DNA of 64,000 nt, from positions 576,001-640,000 of the forward strand of contig CBDBOV010000003.1 in assembly GCA_965208575.1 (NCBI GenBank), in the 5' to 3' direction. The notes below the pieces were generated by a model. The model was not told the origin of the DNA, ran no database searches, and worked only from the letters and a program-made list of their open reading frames with translations. Of the stretch, positions 18,664-28,762 are shown one piece after another. This DNA comes from Spirochaetia bacterium. Lineage in GTDB: Bacteria; Spirochaetota; Spirochaetia; SZUA-6; Bin103. A program made the position numbers and the translations under genes. Position 1 is the first letter of the stretch; each line of letters starts with the position of its first letter.

Positions 18664-19470
18664 TCAGGAGCCTGAGCGGTTGGATTGCCGCGGGCGGCGC
18701 AAGCGGGTGACGGCGAACAGCAGCAGGGCGGCGACCACGATCGAGGGGCCGGAGGGCGTGTCGAGCCGCGCCGACGCGAACAGGCCGCCGGCGATGGCGA
18801 GGACGCCGGCCGCGGCGGCGAGCAGGGCCATCTGCTCCGGGTTGACGGCGAAGCGGCGCGCGGTCGCGGGCGGGATGACCAGCAGCGCCACGATCAGCAG
18901 GATGCCGACGATCTTGATCGCCACCGCGATCACGGTGGCCATCAGCAGGCCGAAGACGAGGCGCGTCCGCTCCGGCCGCAGCCCGGCCACGGTGGCCAGG
19001 TCGACGTTGACGGTGGCGGCCAGCAGCGGCCGCCAGATCCGCGCCAGCACCGCCAGCACCAGCATGCCGCCGCCCCAGATCAGGGCCAGGTCGGTGCGCG
19101 ATACGGCGAGGATGTCGCCGAACAGCAGCGCCTGCAGGTCAATGCGGATGTTGGGAAAGAACGCCATGATCACCAGCCCGGTGGCCAGGCCGCCGCGCGC
19201 GAGCAGGCCGAGCACGGTGTCCGCCGGCAGCGTGCCGCGTCCCTGCAGGTAGAACATCAGCAAGGTGACCAGGCACGCCGACGCGAAGATGCCCAGCACC
19301 AGGTCGATCTGCAGCACCAGGGCGAGCACCACGCCCAGCAGTGCCGAGTGGGCGATGGTCTCACCGAAGTAGGCCAGGTGGCGCCACACGACGAAGCAGC
19401 CGGCCGGCCCGGTGACCAGCGCGAGTCCGACGCCGGCGAGCAGCGCGCGCAGGAGGAAGTCGTCCAGCAC
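18664..19470 (-). CDS. znuB: Zinc ABC transporter permease
   Basis: LDDFLLRALLAG, GCFVVWR..AYFGETIAHSALLG, LLFGDILAV and DTPSGPSIV motifs. Confidence 0.9.
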   Translation of the reverse strand: MLDDFLLRALLAGVGLALVTGPAGCFVVWRHLAYFGETIAHSALLGVVLALVLQIDLVLGIFASACLVTLLMFYLQGRGTLPADTVLGLLARGGLATGLVIMAFFPNIRIDLQALLFGDILAVSRTDLALIWGGGMLVLAVLARIWRPLLAATVNVDLATVAGLRPERTRLVFGLLMATVIAVAIKIVGILLIVALLVIPPATARRFAVNPEQMALLAAAAGVLAIAGGLFASARLDTPSGPSIVVAALLLFAVTRLRRPRQSNRSGS

Positions 19471-19474
19471 CGCT

Positions 19475-20176
19475 TCAGTCCGCCCTCGGGCGCGCTTCAC
19501 CGACGCTCACCGGCTCAGCCGCGGCCTCGCCGGACGGCGGGTGGTCGTGTTCGTGCGGCAGCAGCACCACCACGTCGCAGTCGCTGTTCATGACCATCTG
19601 CAGGTCGTGCGAGATCAGCAGAATCCCGCAGCCCAGGTCGTTGCGGATGCCCTCGACCAACTCGTGGAGCACGCCGGCGCCGGCCAGGTCCACGCCTTGG
19701 GCGGGTTCGTCGAGCACCAGAAAGTCGGGCCGGTGGATCAGTGCGCGGGCCAGCAGCAGGCGCTGCAGCTCGCCGCCCGACAGGGAGGTGACCGGCGGGT
19801 CGCCGAGCCGCTCCAGGCCCACGGCGGCCAGCGCGGCGTCGATCTCCCGCGCCGCGAAGCGACCGGTCAGTTTCATCAGCCGGCGCAGGCTCAGCGGCAA
19901 GGTGTGGCTCACCGCCAGCCGCTGCGGAACGTAGCCCACCGCCAACCCGGGAGCCCGCTCGATTGTCCCCTCGTCGATGTCGATCAAGCCGAGGATCGCC
20001 TTCGCGCAGGTCGACTTGCCGGCTCCGTTGGCGCCGATCAGGTAGACCAGTTCGCCGCGCGGCACCTGCAGGTCGACGTGGCGGATCAGCCAGCGTTCGC
20101 CGCGCCGCACGCCGATGTCATGCGCCGCTACCAGTGCCACAGCACCGGAGGAACCGGTCTTGGTTGCGTTGATCAT
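19475..20176 (-). CDS. znuC: Zinc ABC transporter ATPase
   Basis: GANGAGKST, GYVPQRL, LSGGE, LDEPAQGVD and ISHDL motifs. Confidence 0.9.
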   Translation of the reverse strand: MINATKTGSSGAVALVAAHDIGVRRGERWLIRHVDLQVPRGELVYLIGANGAGKSTCAKAILGLIDIDEGTIERAPGLAVGYVPQRLAVSHTLPLSLRRLMKLTGRFAAREIDAALAAVGLERLGDPPVTSLSGGELQRLLLARALIHRPDFLVLDEPAQGVDLAGAGVLHELVEGIRNDLGCGILLISHDLQMVMNSDCDVVVLLPHEHDHPPSGEAAAEPVSVGEARPRAD

Positions 20177-20236
20177 TTGACGCCGTCGCTTCTTTTTCTT
20201 AATTGTTCCAGGGATCAAGGAACACGGATAGGAGCA

Positions 20237-21268
20237 ATGTATACAAGGTATAAACGATTCCTGGTATTGGCGCTCGGTTTCGCGGGATTCACGATAGCCG
20301 CGCCGGGGGCATTCGCCGCGGGAGATGGAGAAGCGGACGGCGACGGGTTTCCCGTGGTGGCCTCGATCAAGCCGGTGCACTCGCTGGTGAGTGCCGTCAT
20401 GGCGGGCGTGGCCGAGCCGCACCTGGTCATTCGCGGGGCGCAGTCGCCGCACACCTTCAGCATGCGTCCCTCCGACGCCGCGGCGTTGTCCAAGGCCCGG
20501 GTGATCTTCCTGATCGACGAACACAAGGAGGTCGCGTTGGCCGGTCCCATCGGCAACCTCGGGGACGATGCCCTGGTGGTGCGGTTGGCCGGCTCGCAGG
20601 GCCTGCACCTGTTGCCGTTGCGCGAGGGCGGGGCGTTCGAGGAGCACGATCATGAAGAGGCGGACCACGAGCACGACATGAACGGGGACGACCAGCATCA
20701 TGACGATGGCCACGGCCACAAGCATGGCCATCATCACGAGCACGGCGACGTCGACTTTCACGTCTGGCTGGATCCCGAGAACGCCGTGCTGATGACCTAC
20801 GAGATCATCGAGGCGCTGTCGCTGGCCGATCCCGACAACGCCGCAACCTACGAGAGCAACGGGTATGCGCTGATCGACCGCCTGGACGAGTTGATCGCCG
20901 AGCTCGACGCCGAGCTGGCCCCGATTCGCGACAAGCCGTTCATCGTCCTGCACGACGCCTATCGCTACTTCGAGCAACGCTTCGACCTGAACGCCGCCGG
21001 CTCCATTACCGTCAACCCGGAACGGGCGCCGGGCGCGCAACGGATCGCGGAGATTCGCGACAAGGTTCGCGAGCTCGGCGGCGTGTGCGTATTCTCCGAG
21101 CCGCAATTCGACTCGCGCGTCATCGACGTGGTCACCGAGGGCACGGCCGCGGACGCCGGTATCGTGGATCCGCTCGGCGCCGAGATCGAGGATGGACCGG
21201 AGCTCTACTTCACGCTGCTGCGCAACCTCGCGGCGTCGTTCAAGGCGTGCATGTCGGGCATCGGATAG
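20237..21268 (+). CDS. znuA: Zinc ABC transporter substrate-binding protein with His-rich loop
   Basis: VVASIKPVHSLV, SPH, His/Asp-rich loop, HVWLDP and HDAYRYF motifs; divergent from znuCB. Confidence 0.92.
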   Translation: MYTRYKRFLVLALGFAGFTIAAPGAFAAGDGEADGDGFPVVASIKPVHSLVSAVMAGVAEPHLVIRGAQSPHTFSMRPSDAAALSKARVIFLIDEHKEVALAGPIGNLGDDALVVRLAGSQGLHLLPLREGGAFEEHDHEEADHEHDMNGDDQHHDDGHGHKHGHHHEHGDVDFHVWLDPENAVLMTYEIIEALSLADPDNAATYESNGYALIDRLDELIAELDAELAPIRDKPFIVLHDAYRYFEQRFDLNAAGSITVNPERAPGAQRIAEIRDKVRELGGVCVFSEPQFDSRVIDVVTEGTAADAGIVDPLGAEIEDGPELYFTLLRNLAASFKACMSGIG

Positions 21269-21301
21269 CGCCGCCGCGCGGCCGGCCCGCGGCTTCGGCG
21301 G

Positions 21302-21649
21302 TCAACTGCCGCGGTAGGTGGTGTAACTCCACGGCGAAACGAGCAGAGGCACGTGATAGTGGGCGTCGGCGGCCATGCCGAACGCGACCGTGACCTGATC
21401 CAGGAACGGCGGCTCGGGCAGCGTCAGTCCCGCGCCCGCGAAGTATTCACCCACGTGGAACACCAGTTCCCACCGCCCGGTGCGGAACGCTGCGCCCTGC
21501 AGCAGCGGCGCGGCGCAGCGCCCGTCGTCGTTGGTGCGCGCGGTCGCGATCAGGCGGCGGTCGGCGCCGGCGGCATACAGCTCTACCCGGATGCCCGCCC
21601 CCGGCCTGCCCTGTGCGGTGTCCAGCACGTGGGTGGTGAGCATGCCCAT
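21302..21649 (-). CDS. uraH: 5-hydroxyisourate hydrolase (transthyretin-like)
   Basis: [13 protein letters not shown] and [19 protein letters not shown] motifs. Confidence 0.95.
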   Translation of the reverse strand: MGMLTTHVLDTAQGRPGAGIRVELYAAGADRRLIATARTNDDGRCAAPLLQGAAFRTGRWELVFHVGEYFAGAGLTLPEPPFLDQVTVAFGMAADAHYHVPLLVSPWSYTTYRGS

Positions 21650-22500
21650 CACTGTCTCCTCATGGTGGCTTCGATCTGCCCGTTCGGCTCGTCGGTGGGC
21701 AGGAACAGGCACCCGGCCGCGTCGCGCCCGAACGCGGACAGGTCGATCGGCAGGTAGTGCACGTTGGGCATCGCCAGGGTGATCTCACAGATGCCGGGGG
21801 CGGCGGCCAGGGCCGCCTCTCCCATGCGGTACATGCTGTCCTGCACCGAGTAGCTGTAGCTGGAGGCGAACACCCCGAGCAGGGCGGCACGGATGGCGCC
21901 GGCGGCCGCCGCGTAGTCGGGCGGCTGGTCGGGACCGGCATTCGCGAAGCGCCAGGTCGCGCACATCCGGGTGGCCAGGATGCGGTCGGTAGTGGCCGGC
22001 AGCGTGGTGTACTCATCCTGCACGTAGTCGACGAAACCCGACCCGGTGGTCTTCATGATCGCCAGGTCGCGCACGCCGGCCACCACCTCGCGCGCCGATC
22101 GCGTCACCGTGGCGCGGGCGAACGGGGTGCCGCTCTCGGAGTGGACGAAGCCGTGGTCGTGCGGCTCGCCGGCGATCCGCATGCGGCTCCACACGGTCTC
22201 CTCGATCTCCACGCGCGCCTCCGCCACCTGCCGGTAGCGATCGAGCAGACACTCGGCAATGGCCAGCGCAAACGGTTCGTTGGCGGCATCCAGGTGCTCC
22301 AGGGCGAGCACGTTGACCAGGTTCTTCATCGTGTCGGTGGGCACCACCAGGCTGTTGTCGGCCGCCGTGTAGGCGCGCGCGAAGTCGCCGTCCACGGACA
22401 CCTCGACCCGCGCCTCGCGCACTTCGTGGCGGGCCGCCGCGCGCAGCACCCGCAGCACCCGCACGTTCGCCTTGCCATACCGCTGTCTTGCAAATGCCAT
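21649..22500 (-). CDS. pucL: Urate oxidase (uricase)
   Basis: [32 protein letters not shown] and MPNVHY motifs. Confidence 0.93.
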   Translation of the reverse strand: MAFARQRYGKANVRVLRVLRAAARHEVREARVEVSVDGDFARAYTAADNSLVVPTDTMKNLVNVLALEHLDAANEPFALAIAECLLDRYRQVAEARVEIEETVWSRMRIAGEPHDHGFVHSESGTPFARATVTRSAREVVAGVRDLAIMKTTGSGFVDYVQDEYTTLPATTDRILATRMCATWRFANAGPDQPPDYAAAAGAIRAALLGVFASSYSYSVQDSMYRMGEAALAAAPGICEITLAMPNVHYLPIDLSAFGRDAAGCLFLPTDEPNGQIEATMRRQ

Positions 22501-22521
22501 TCGAGATCCTTCCTTCGGAAC

Positions 22522-24315
22522 CTAATTGATTACCGGGATGTGGGCGAAGCGGGAGACGTCGACCAGGCCGAGATCGGAGATGCGCAGCTCCGGGATCACC
22601 ACCAGGGCGAGCAGGCTGAGCTGCATGTAGCCGTTGTTGAGGGTGCAGCCGCAGTCGCGCATCGCCCGCATTACCCGCGCCGACTTGTCGGCCACCACCT
22701 CCGCCCGCTCACCGGACATCAGGCCGCCGACCGGCAGCTCCACGAGGGCGGCCACCTCGCCGCCGCGCACCACCACCACCCCGCCGCCGGCGCCGGCGAG
22801 GGTGTTCGCCGCCCGTGCCATCGACTCGGCCTCCGTACCGACGACCAGCAGGTGGTGGCTGTCGTGGGCCACGGTCGAGGCCACCGCGCAATCGCTTTCG
22901 AACCCGAAGCCGTGCACGAAGCCGTTCACCACCGCGCCGCTGCCCCGGTGGCGTTCCACCAGGGCCAGCGGCAGCACGTCGTTGGCACGGTCCGGCTGAA
23001 CCGCGCCGCCGGCCACGGACAGTTCCGCGGTCAGGCGGCGGGTGGGCGCCTGGTTCTCCAGTACGCCGATCACGTTGGCGGTTACCGTCCCGTGCGCCCC
23101 GCCGGCCGGTACGGCGAAGTCGCCGGCCGTCAGCGGGCGAGGGATGTGCACCGATTGCCGGAAGCGTTCCTCGTGCGCCCACGAGGGCAGGTCCAGCAGC
23201 AGCCGGCCCGCCTCGGCCGCCACCTCGCCGCCGGTGATCACCATGCCGGCGGTGAACTCCTCCAGGCTGTCGGCGACCACGATGTCGGCGCAGCGTCCCG
23301 GCGCCAGGCAGCCGAGGTCGCGCTCCACGCCGAAGTGCTCGGCGGTGTTGATGGTCATCATCTGCAGCGCCACCAGCGGATCGCAGCCCAGTTCGACCGC
23401 GTGGCGCAGCACCCGGTCCATGTGCCCTTCCCGCACCAGGGTGGCGGCGTGCACGTCGTCCGTGCACAGGATGAACCGGCGCGGGTCCAGGCCGTGCTCG
23501 GTGACGGCGGTGATCTGCGCGGCCACGTCGTGCCAGGCTGAGCCGAACCGCAGCATCGGGCGCAGGCCGCGGCGGGCGCGCTCGACGGCGTCCACCTCGC
23601 GCGTGTTCTCGTGATCGTCGGCCGGGCCGCCGGCCAAGTAGGCGTGGAAGCCGCGGCCCAGGTCGGGGCTCGCGTAGTGGCCGCCCACCGTCTTGCCGGC
23701 GCGCATGGTGGCCGCCACCTCGGCGTGCATCTGCGGGTCGTTGCCGGCCAGGCCGGGGAAATTCATCATCTCGCCGAGGCCGATCACGCCGGGCCAGCTC
23801 ATCGCCTCCTGCACCTCGCGCGCCGTAATGCGCGCCCCGGGCGTCTCCAGGCCGGGCGCCGACGGCACGCAGGAGGGTATCTGCAGGAACACGTTGATCG
23901 GCATCGCGGCGGCCTCGGCGGCCATCATGCGCACGCCGTCGAGGCCGAACACGTTGGCGATTTCATGCGGGTCGGCGAAGATCGCCGTGGTGCCATGCGG
24001 CAGCACCGCGCGCACGTACTCGGTAATCGTGCACATGCTGCTTTCGACGTGCATGTGGGCGTCGGCCAGTCCGGGCACCAGGAAGCGTCCCTCCGCCTCG
24101 ATCACCCGCGTGCCGGCGCCGGTGCAGTACGACGCGTCCGCCACGATGCAGGCGATACGCCCGCTGCTGACGGCCATGTCGATGCCGGTCACCACCTCGC
24201 GGGTCAGCACGTTGACCCAGCGGCCGTTGCGAATCACCAGCTCGGCCGGCTCCCTCCCGGCGGCCACGTCCACCAGCCGGGTGGCTACCTCGTGCCACGG
24301 TCTGCGCTGCCGCAT
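22522..24315 (-). CDS. ade: Adenine deaminase (start could be 24354)
   Basis: DAHMHVESS, DPHEIANV, PSCVPS, GEMMNFPG, CTDD, STVAHDSH and ALVVIPELR motifs. Confidence 0.92.
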   Translation of the reverse strand: MRQRRPWHEVATRLVDVAAGREPAELVIRNGRWVNVLTREVVTGIDMAVSSGRIACIVADASYCTGAGTRVIEAEGRFLVPGLADAHMHVESSMCTITEYVRAVLPHGTTAIFADPHEIANVFGLDGVRMMAAEAAAMPINVFLQIPSCVPSAPGLETPGARITAREVQEAMSWPGVIGLGEMMNFPGLAGNDPQMHAEVAATMRAGKTVGGHYASPDLGRGFHAYLAGGPADDHENTREVDAVERARRGLRPMLRFGSAWHDVAAQITAVTEHGLDPRRFILCTDDVHAATLVREGHMDRVLRHAVELGCDPLVALQMMTINTAEHFGVERDLGCLAPGRCADIVVADSLEEFTAGMVITGGEVAAEAGRLLLDLPSWAHEERFRQSVHIPRPLTAGDFAVPAGGAHGTVTANVIGVLENQAPTRRLTAELSVAGGAVQPDRANDVLPLALVERHRGSGAVVNGFVHGFGFESDCAVASTVAHDSHHLLVVGTEAESMARAANTLAGAGGGVVVVRGGEVAALVELPVGGLMSGERAEVVADKSARVMRAMRDCGCTLNNGYMQLSLLALVVIPELRISDLGLVDVSRFAHIPVIN

Positions 24316-24388
24316 TGTTGGAACGATTGTACCCGGAACACGGTCGCGAGGCATGGCGCGGCGTACCTAGCGCCTCGAGGCTGCGAAG

Positions 24389-25777
24389 CTAAGCGTGCAC
24401 CGGGGCCATCAGCGACGGTTCCGCAGCCAGTACCGCCCGGTCGAACTTCCCGTTGGCGCCTGGCCTTGTCCACACCCGCCGGCCGGCGACGTAGGTGGCG
24501 CGTACCGCCCGGTCGTCGCCCAGGATGGCCAGCGCGAACAGGGTGTCTTCCAGTTGCCTCGACAACGGCTGGCGTTCCTGCAGCACCGGAGTCGCGGCCG
24601 GATCGAGCACCACCAGGTCGGCCCAGCGGCCCGGCTCGAGACAGCCTATTTCGTCTGCGAGCCCGAGTTGTACGGCGTTGCCGCGGGTGGCGAGGTGAAA
24701 CAGGTCGTGGGCTGCGAGCGTGTGGCCGTGCAGCATCGCCACCTTGTAGGCCTCGCCCATGGTGTGCAGCATCGAGTAGCTGGTGCCGCCGGCGATGTCG
24801 GTGGCGATGCCGATGCCCACCGGGCGCCCGGCGTCCCGGAGGCGGCCGATGTCGAACAGGCCGGAGCCGAGGAAGGTGTTGGAGGTGGGGCAGTGCACGA
24901 CGGTGGCGCCCGCCTGCGACAGCCGCGCGCACTCCCGCTCCGACAGGTGGATGCCGTGGGCGAGCAGGCTGTGCGGGCCGATCAGACCGCAGCGGTCGTA
25001 GACGTCGGTGTAGTCGCACGCCCACGGGAAGTCTTGCCGCACCGCGGCGATCTCGCGCTCGCTCTCCGCGAGGTGGGTGTGCACGTGGCAGTCCCGGTAG
25101 CGTGCGGCAAGCGCGCCGGCCGCACGAAGCTGCTCCTCGCTGGAGGTGACGGCGAAACGCACCGTGATGGCGTAGCGCAGGCGCCCGCGGCGGTGCCAGC
25201 GTTCGATCAGCTCCGCGCTGTCGCGCACACCGGTGGCGGGATCGTCGCGCAGGGCGTCCGGTGCGTTGCGGTCCATCATCGTCTTGCCGGTCACCAATGC
25301 CATGCCGCGCCGCTCCGCCGCCGCCAGCAGGATCTCGGTGGCCTGGCGGTGGACCGTGGAGAACACCACGGCCGCGGTGGTGCCGTGCCGGAGCAGGCGG
25401 TCCAGGAACACCTCGGCCGCGGCGCTCGCATACGCCGGCGCGGCGTAGCGGCTCTCCTCGGGGAAGGTGAACCGCCTCAGCCAGTCGAGCAGGTCGCGGC
25501 CCGGCGCGGCGAGCATGCGGTGCTGGGGATAGTGCGTGTGGGCATCGATGAATCCCGGCAGCAGCAGCGCCGTACCGTGGTCGTCCTTCGGCAGCGAGCG
25601 GAACCGGGCCGGCAACCGCGCGGCGGGGCCGCGCCACGCGATGCGGCCGTCGCCGTCGACGGCCACGGCGCCGCGCAGGTGGTGGAGCACGGCGCGCTCC
25701 GGTGCGACGCGCGCGGGGTCGTCGCGGTAGGTGAGCAGCGCGCCGCACACTACCCGCCCCCGGCACGGCACGCTCAC
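24389..25777 (-). CDS. guaD: Guanine deaminase
   Basis: PGFIDAHTHYPQ, LLDWL..FTFPEE, HTHLAES, HCPTSNTFLGSG and TDIAGGTS motifs; GTGA overlap with uraD. Confidence 0.93.
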   Translation of the reverse strand: MSVPCRGRVVCGALLTYRDDPARVAPERAVLHHLRGAVAVDGDGRIAWRGPAARLPARFRSLPKDDHGTALLLPGFIDAHTHYPQHRMLAAPGRDLLDWLRRFTFPEESRYAAPAYASAAAEVFLDRLLRHGTTAAVVFSTVHRQATEILLAAAERRGMALVTGKTMMDRNAPDALRDDPATGVRDSAELIERWHRRGRLRYAITVRFAVTSSEEQLRAAGALAARYRDCHVHTHLAESEREIAAVRQDFPWACDYTDVYDRCGLIGPHSLLAHGIHLSERECARLSQAGATVVHCPTSNTFLGSGLFDIGRLRDAGRPVGIGIATDIAGGTSYSMLHTMGEAYKVAMLHGHTLAAHDLFHLATRGNAVQLGLADEIGCLEPGRWADLVVLDPAATPVLQERQPLSRQLEDTLFALAILGDDRAVRATYVAGRRVWTRPGANGKFDRAVLAAEPSLMAPVHA

Positions 25778-26298
25778 GACGCCACCCGGTCTTCGAGCCG
25801 GAACCGCAGGATGCGTTCCACGTTGGCCAGCGCCAGGGCGCGCTCGGTCGCGGCCGGGTTGGCGATCCGTTCTGCGAATGCGTTCAAGATATTCTCCTTG
25901 GTCGCTCCCTTGACCGCGAAGATGAATGGAAACCCGAATCGTTCGCGGTAGCGGGTGTTGAGGCCGCCGAAGCGGGTGAACTCGGCGGGCGTGAGCCGGT
26001 CGAGGCCGGCGCCGGCCTGCTCGCGCCGCGACTCGGCGGCGAGGTCGTCGCCGGCAATCGCCGCCCGGTCCGCCAGGTCGGGATGAGCACGCAGCAGGGC
26101 GAGCTGGGCGTCCGGCGCCGCGCCGCGCACCGCTGCCGTGAACGCGGCGACCAGCGCCGTGCGGTCGGCGAAGGGGCGCGCGTGGAACGCGGCCTCCGCC
26201 ACCCACGGCGAGTGTTCCGCGACATCGCCGAAATGGGCGATGAACGCCGCCTCGCACAGAGCGTTGACGGCGTCGATCGACAAGGATGTGGCTTGCAT
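25774..26298 (-). CDS. uraD: OHCU decarboxylase
   Basis: EHSPWVA, LLRAHPDL, ESRREQAGAGL and YRERFGFPFIFAVKG motifs. Confidence 0.93.
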   Translation of the reverse strand: MQATSLSIDAVNALCEAAFIAHFGDVAEHSPWVAEAAFHARPFADRTALVAAFTAAVRGAAPDAQLALLRAHPDLADRAAIAGDDLAAESRREQAGAGLDRLTPAEFTRFGGLNTRYRERFGFPFIFAVKGATKENILNAFAERIANPAATERALALANVERILRFRLEDRVAS

Positions 26299-26320
26299 GC
26301 TTCCTGTTTGTTTATCGACA

Positions 26321-26406
26321 CGGCGCGCCCGCGAGCCGAGGCGGAGCCGCCGAGGGCTGTGCGCGAAGTGCGCGAAGTGCGCGACGAGCGTCGCTTGACG
26401 AGCGTT
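26321..26406 (-). pseudogene. Decayed copy of the uraD 5' end
   Basis: NARQATLVAHFAHFA-HSP(8 aa)AR versus UraD NALCEAAFIAHFGDVAEHSP(8 aa)AR. Confidence 0.7.
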
Positions 26407-26507
26407 CCCGCTGTGGCGCAACCTGACAGGGCGTCCGGCGACCCTCGGCGCATCCGGCAGCCGCATGCGGGCCGAAATGCGCCGATCGGCTGGGGCTGGC
26501 GCGTAGC

Positions 26508-28736
26508 ATGACCATCTTCCACCACGAGATCACGCGGCCACCTGTTCGCCGTTCTCCCGCCGCCGACGCGGCGTTGCGCCGCGCCACTCGCGGCCGCCTG
26601 CCGGTGCCGCTGCTGGCCGCCGCGCTGTGCCTGGTTGCGCAGGCCGGGTACGCGCGTGTCGACGGCGACACCATCGTGCTCGGTGCGGCGGTGTCGCTGA
26701 CCGGCAAGTACACCACCGCCGGCAACCACACCCGCAAGGGATACGACCTGGCGGTGAAGGTGATCAACGAACGCGGCGGAGTACGCGTCGGCGACCGCGG
26801 CTACCGGCTGGAGATCCTGTACTACGACGACGAGTCGACGCCGGCGCGCGGGGCGCAGCTCGCCGAGCGGCTGATTCGGCAGGACGGCGTGCAGTTCATG
26901 CTCGGCCCGTACAGCTCGGGCCTGACCAAGGCGATTGCGCCGGTGACCGAGCGCTACCGGGTGCCGATGGTGGAGGGCAACGGCGCCTCGCGGGAGCTGT
27001 TCAACAAGGGCTACCGTTACCTGTTCGCCGTCCTTTCCACCTCCGAGCAATACCTGCAGGAGGCGATCAACCTCGCCGCCGAGCGGGCGCGGGCGGCAGG
27101 GCGCGATCCCGCCTCGCTGACGATCGCGGTGGCCACCGAGAACGACCCGTTTTCCCAGGACATACGCGACGGCGTGATCGACGACGCCGCCCGCCACGGC
27201 ATGCAGGTGGTGATCGACGACAAGCTGCCGCGCGACCTGAACGACATGACCGCGACGCTGCTCAAGGTCAAGGCGCTGCGGCCCGACCTGCTGCTGGTGT
27301 CCGGCCACACCAAGGGCGCCGCGCTGCTGGTGCGCCAGGCCGCCGAGTTGAAGGCGTCCGCTCCGATGGTCGCCATTTCGCACTGCGAGTCCGCCGAGGT
27401 AACCGACGCGGCGCGCTTCGGGGACGCCGCCGAGGGCATTCTGTGCACCGGGCAGTGGGCGCCCACCCTGACCTACCGCGACGACCTGTTCGGCAGCGCC
27501 GCCGAGTACGCCGCGCTGTTCGAGCAGGAGTACGGCTACGTGCCGCCCTACCAGGCGGCGGAGTCCACGGCGGCGGTGATGGTGTGGGCGGACGCGCTGC
27601 AGCGTGCCGGATCGTTCGACACCGAGGCGGTTCGCGAGGCGCTCGCGGCGACCGACCTGCGCACCTTCTACGGCAACATCCGGTTCGACGTCACCGGCAA
27701 GAACATCGCCAAGCCGATGGTGCTGAGCCAGATACAGGACGGTGAGTACCGGGTGGTGGCGCCGACCGCGTGGGCGTCGCACGAGTTGCGCTTTCCCCGC
27801 CCCTGGCCGGCCGGCAGCGCCGCCGCGGCCGCCTCCGGCCGGTCCGGCTCCCGCCTGCCGCGCTTCGGTCCGTTGACGGTGCAGCTTCTCCTGGACGGGC
27901 TGCTGGTCGGCGCCATCTTCGCACTCGCCGCCTACGGGATGGCGCTGGTGTGGGGAGTGATGAATATCATCAACGTTGCGCAGGGGGAGCTGGTGATTCT
28001 GGGCGGATTCCTGACCTGGTGGATGACCACGCTCGGCATCCATCCGCTGTTCGGGATTCCGGTCGCCGGCGCCGTGCTGTTCGCGTTCGGCTGGCTGCTC
28101 TACCGGACCGTCGTGCACCGCCTGGTCGACCGCGACCTGTTCGTATCGCTGCTGGCCACCTTCGGCCTGTCGATCCTGCTGCAGCAGTTGATGAACCAGG
28201 TGTTCGGCGCCGACATACGCAACGCCAACGCCGGGCTCGGCTCCACCTACCTGCTCGGCGACGGCGTGGTGCTGGCCAACATCAAGCTGGTGGCGTTCGC
28301 GGTGGCGCTGGCGGCGGCCGCCGGGCTGCTCGTGGTCCTGCGCCGCAGCCGCGCCGGACGCGCCATCCGGGCGACCGCGCAGAACGCGCGCGCGGCGCGC
28401 CTGATGGGCGTGCGCACCGACCGCGTCTACGCGCTCGCCTTCGCCCTCAACGCCGCGGTGTGCGGCATCGCCGGCGCGCTGGTGGCGATGGTGTGGGTGG
28501 TGCACCCGTTCATCGGCATCACCTACACGGTGCGTTCGTTCGTGATCGTGGTGGTGGCGGGGCTCGGCAACATCGCGCCGGTGCTCATATCCGGCGCCGC
28601 CCTCGGTGACGCCGAGAACGTCACCGGGTTCCTGCTCGGCGCCGAATTCCAGACCGCCTTCGTGTTCCTGGTGCTGGTGGCGATCCTGTTGCTGCGCAGC
28701 TACCTGCTGGCCAGGCGCCGCCAGGTGCTGAAGTGA
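26508..28736 (+). CDS. Fused LivK-type substrate-binding protein + LivH-type permease (HAAT ABC importer)
   Basis: N-part LGAAVSLTG...YYDDES...LGPYSS; C-part GMALVWGVMNIINVAQGE...GRAIRATAQN; one continuous 742-aa frame. Confidence 0.85.
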   Translation: MTIFHHEITRPPVRRSPAADAALRRATRGRLPVPLLAAALCLVAQAGYARVDGDTIVLGAAVSLTGKYTTAGNHTRKGYDLAVKVINERGGVRVGDRGYRLEILYYDDESTPARGAQLAERLIRQDGVQFMLGPYSSGLTKAIAPVTERYRVPMVEGNGASRELFNKGYRYLFAVLSTSEQYLQEAINLAAERARAAGRDPASLTIAVATENDPFSQDIRDGVIDDAARHGMQVVIDDKLPRDLNDMTATLLKVKALRPDLLLVSGHTKGAALLVRQAAELKASAPMVAISHCESAEVTDAARFGDAAEGILCTGQWAPTLTYRDDLFGSAAEYAALFEQEYGYVPPYQAAESTAAVMVWADALQRAGSFDTEAVREALAATDLRTFYGNIRFDVTGKNIAKPMVLSQIQDGEYRVVAPTAWASHELRFPRPWPAGSAAAAASGRSGSRLPRFGPLTVQLLLDGLLVGAIFALAAYGMALVWGVMNIINVAQGELVILGGFLTWWMTTLGIHPLFGIPVAGAVLFAFGWLLYRTVVHRLVDRDLFVSLLATFGLSILLQQLMNQVFGADIRNANAGLGSTYLLGDGVVLANIKLVAFAVALAAAAGLLVVLRRSRAGRAIRATAQNARAARLMGVRTDRVYALAFALNAAVCGIAGALVAMVWVVHPFIGITYTVRSFVIVVVAGLGNIAPVLISGAALGDAENVTGFLLGAEFQTAFVFLVLVAILLLRSYLLARRRQVLK

Positions 28737-28762
28737 AACCGAGACTGCCGGACGTGCCCCCG

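Noticed and set aside
21269-21301. Terminator between convergent znuA and uraH
   Set aside because: GC stem without a U-tract on either strand; not supportable.
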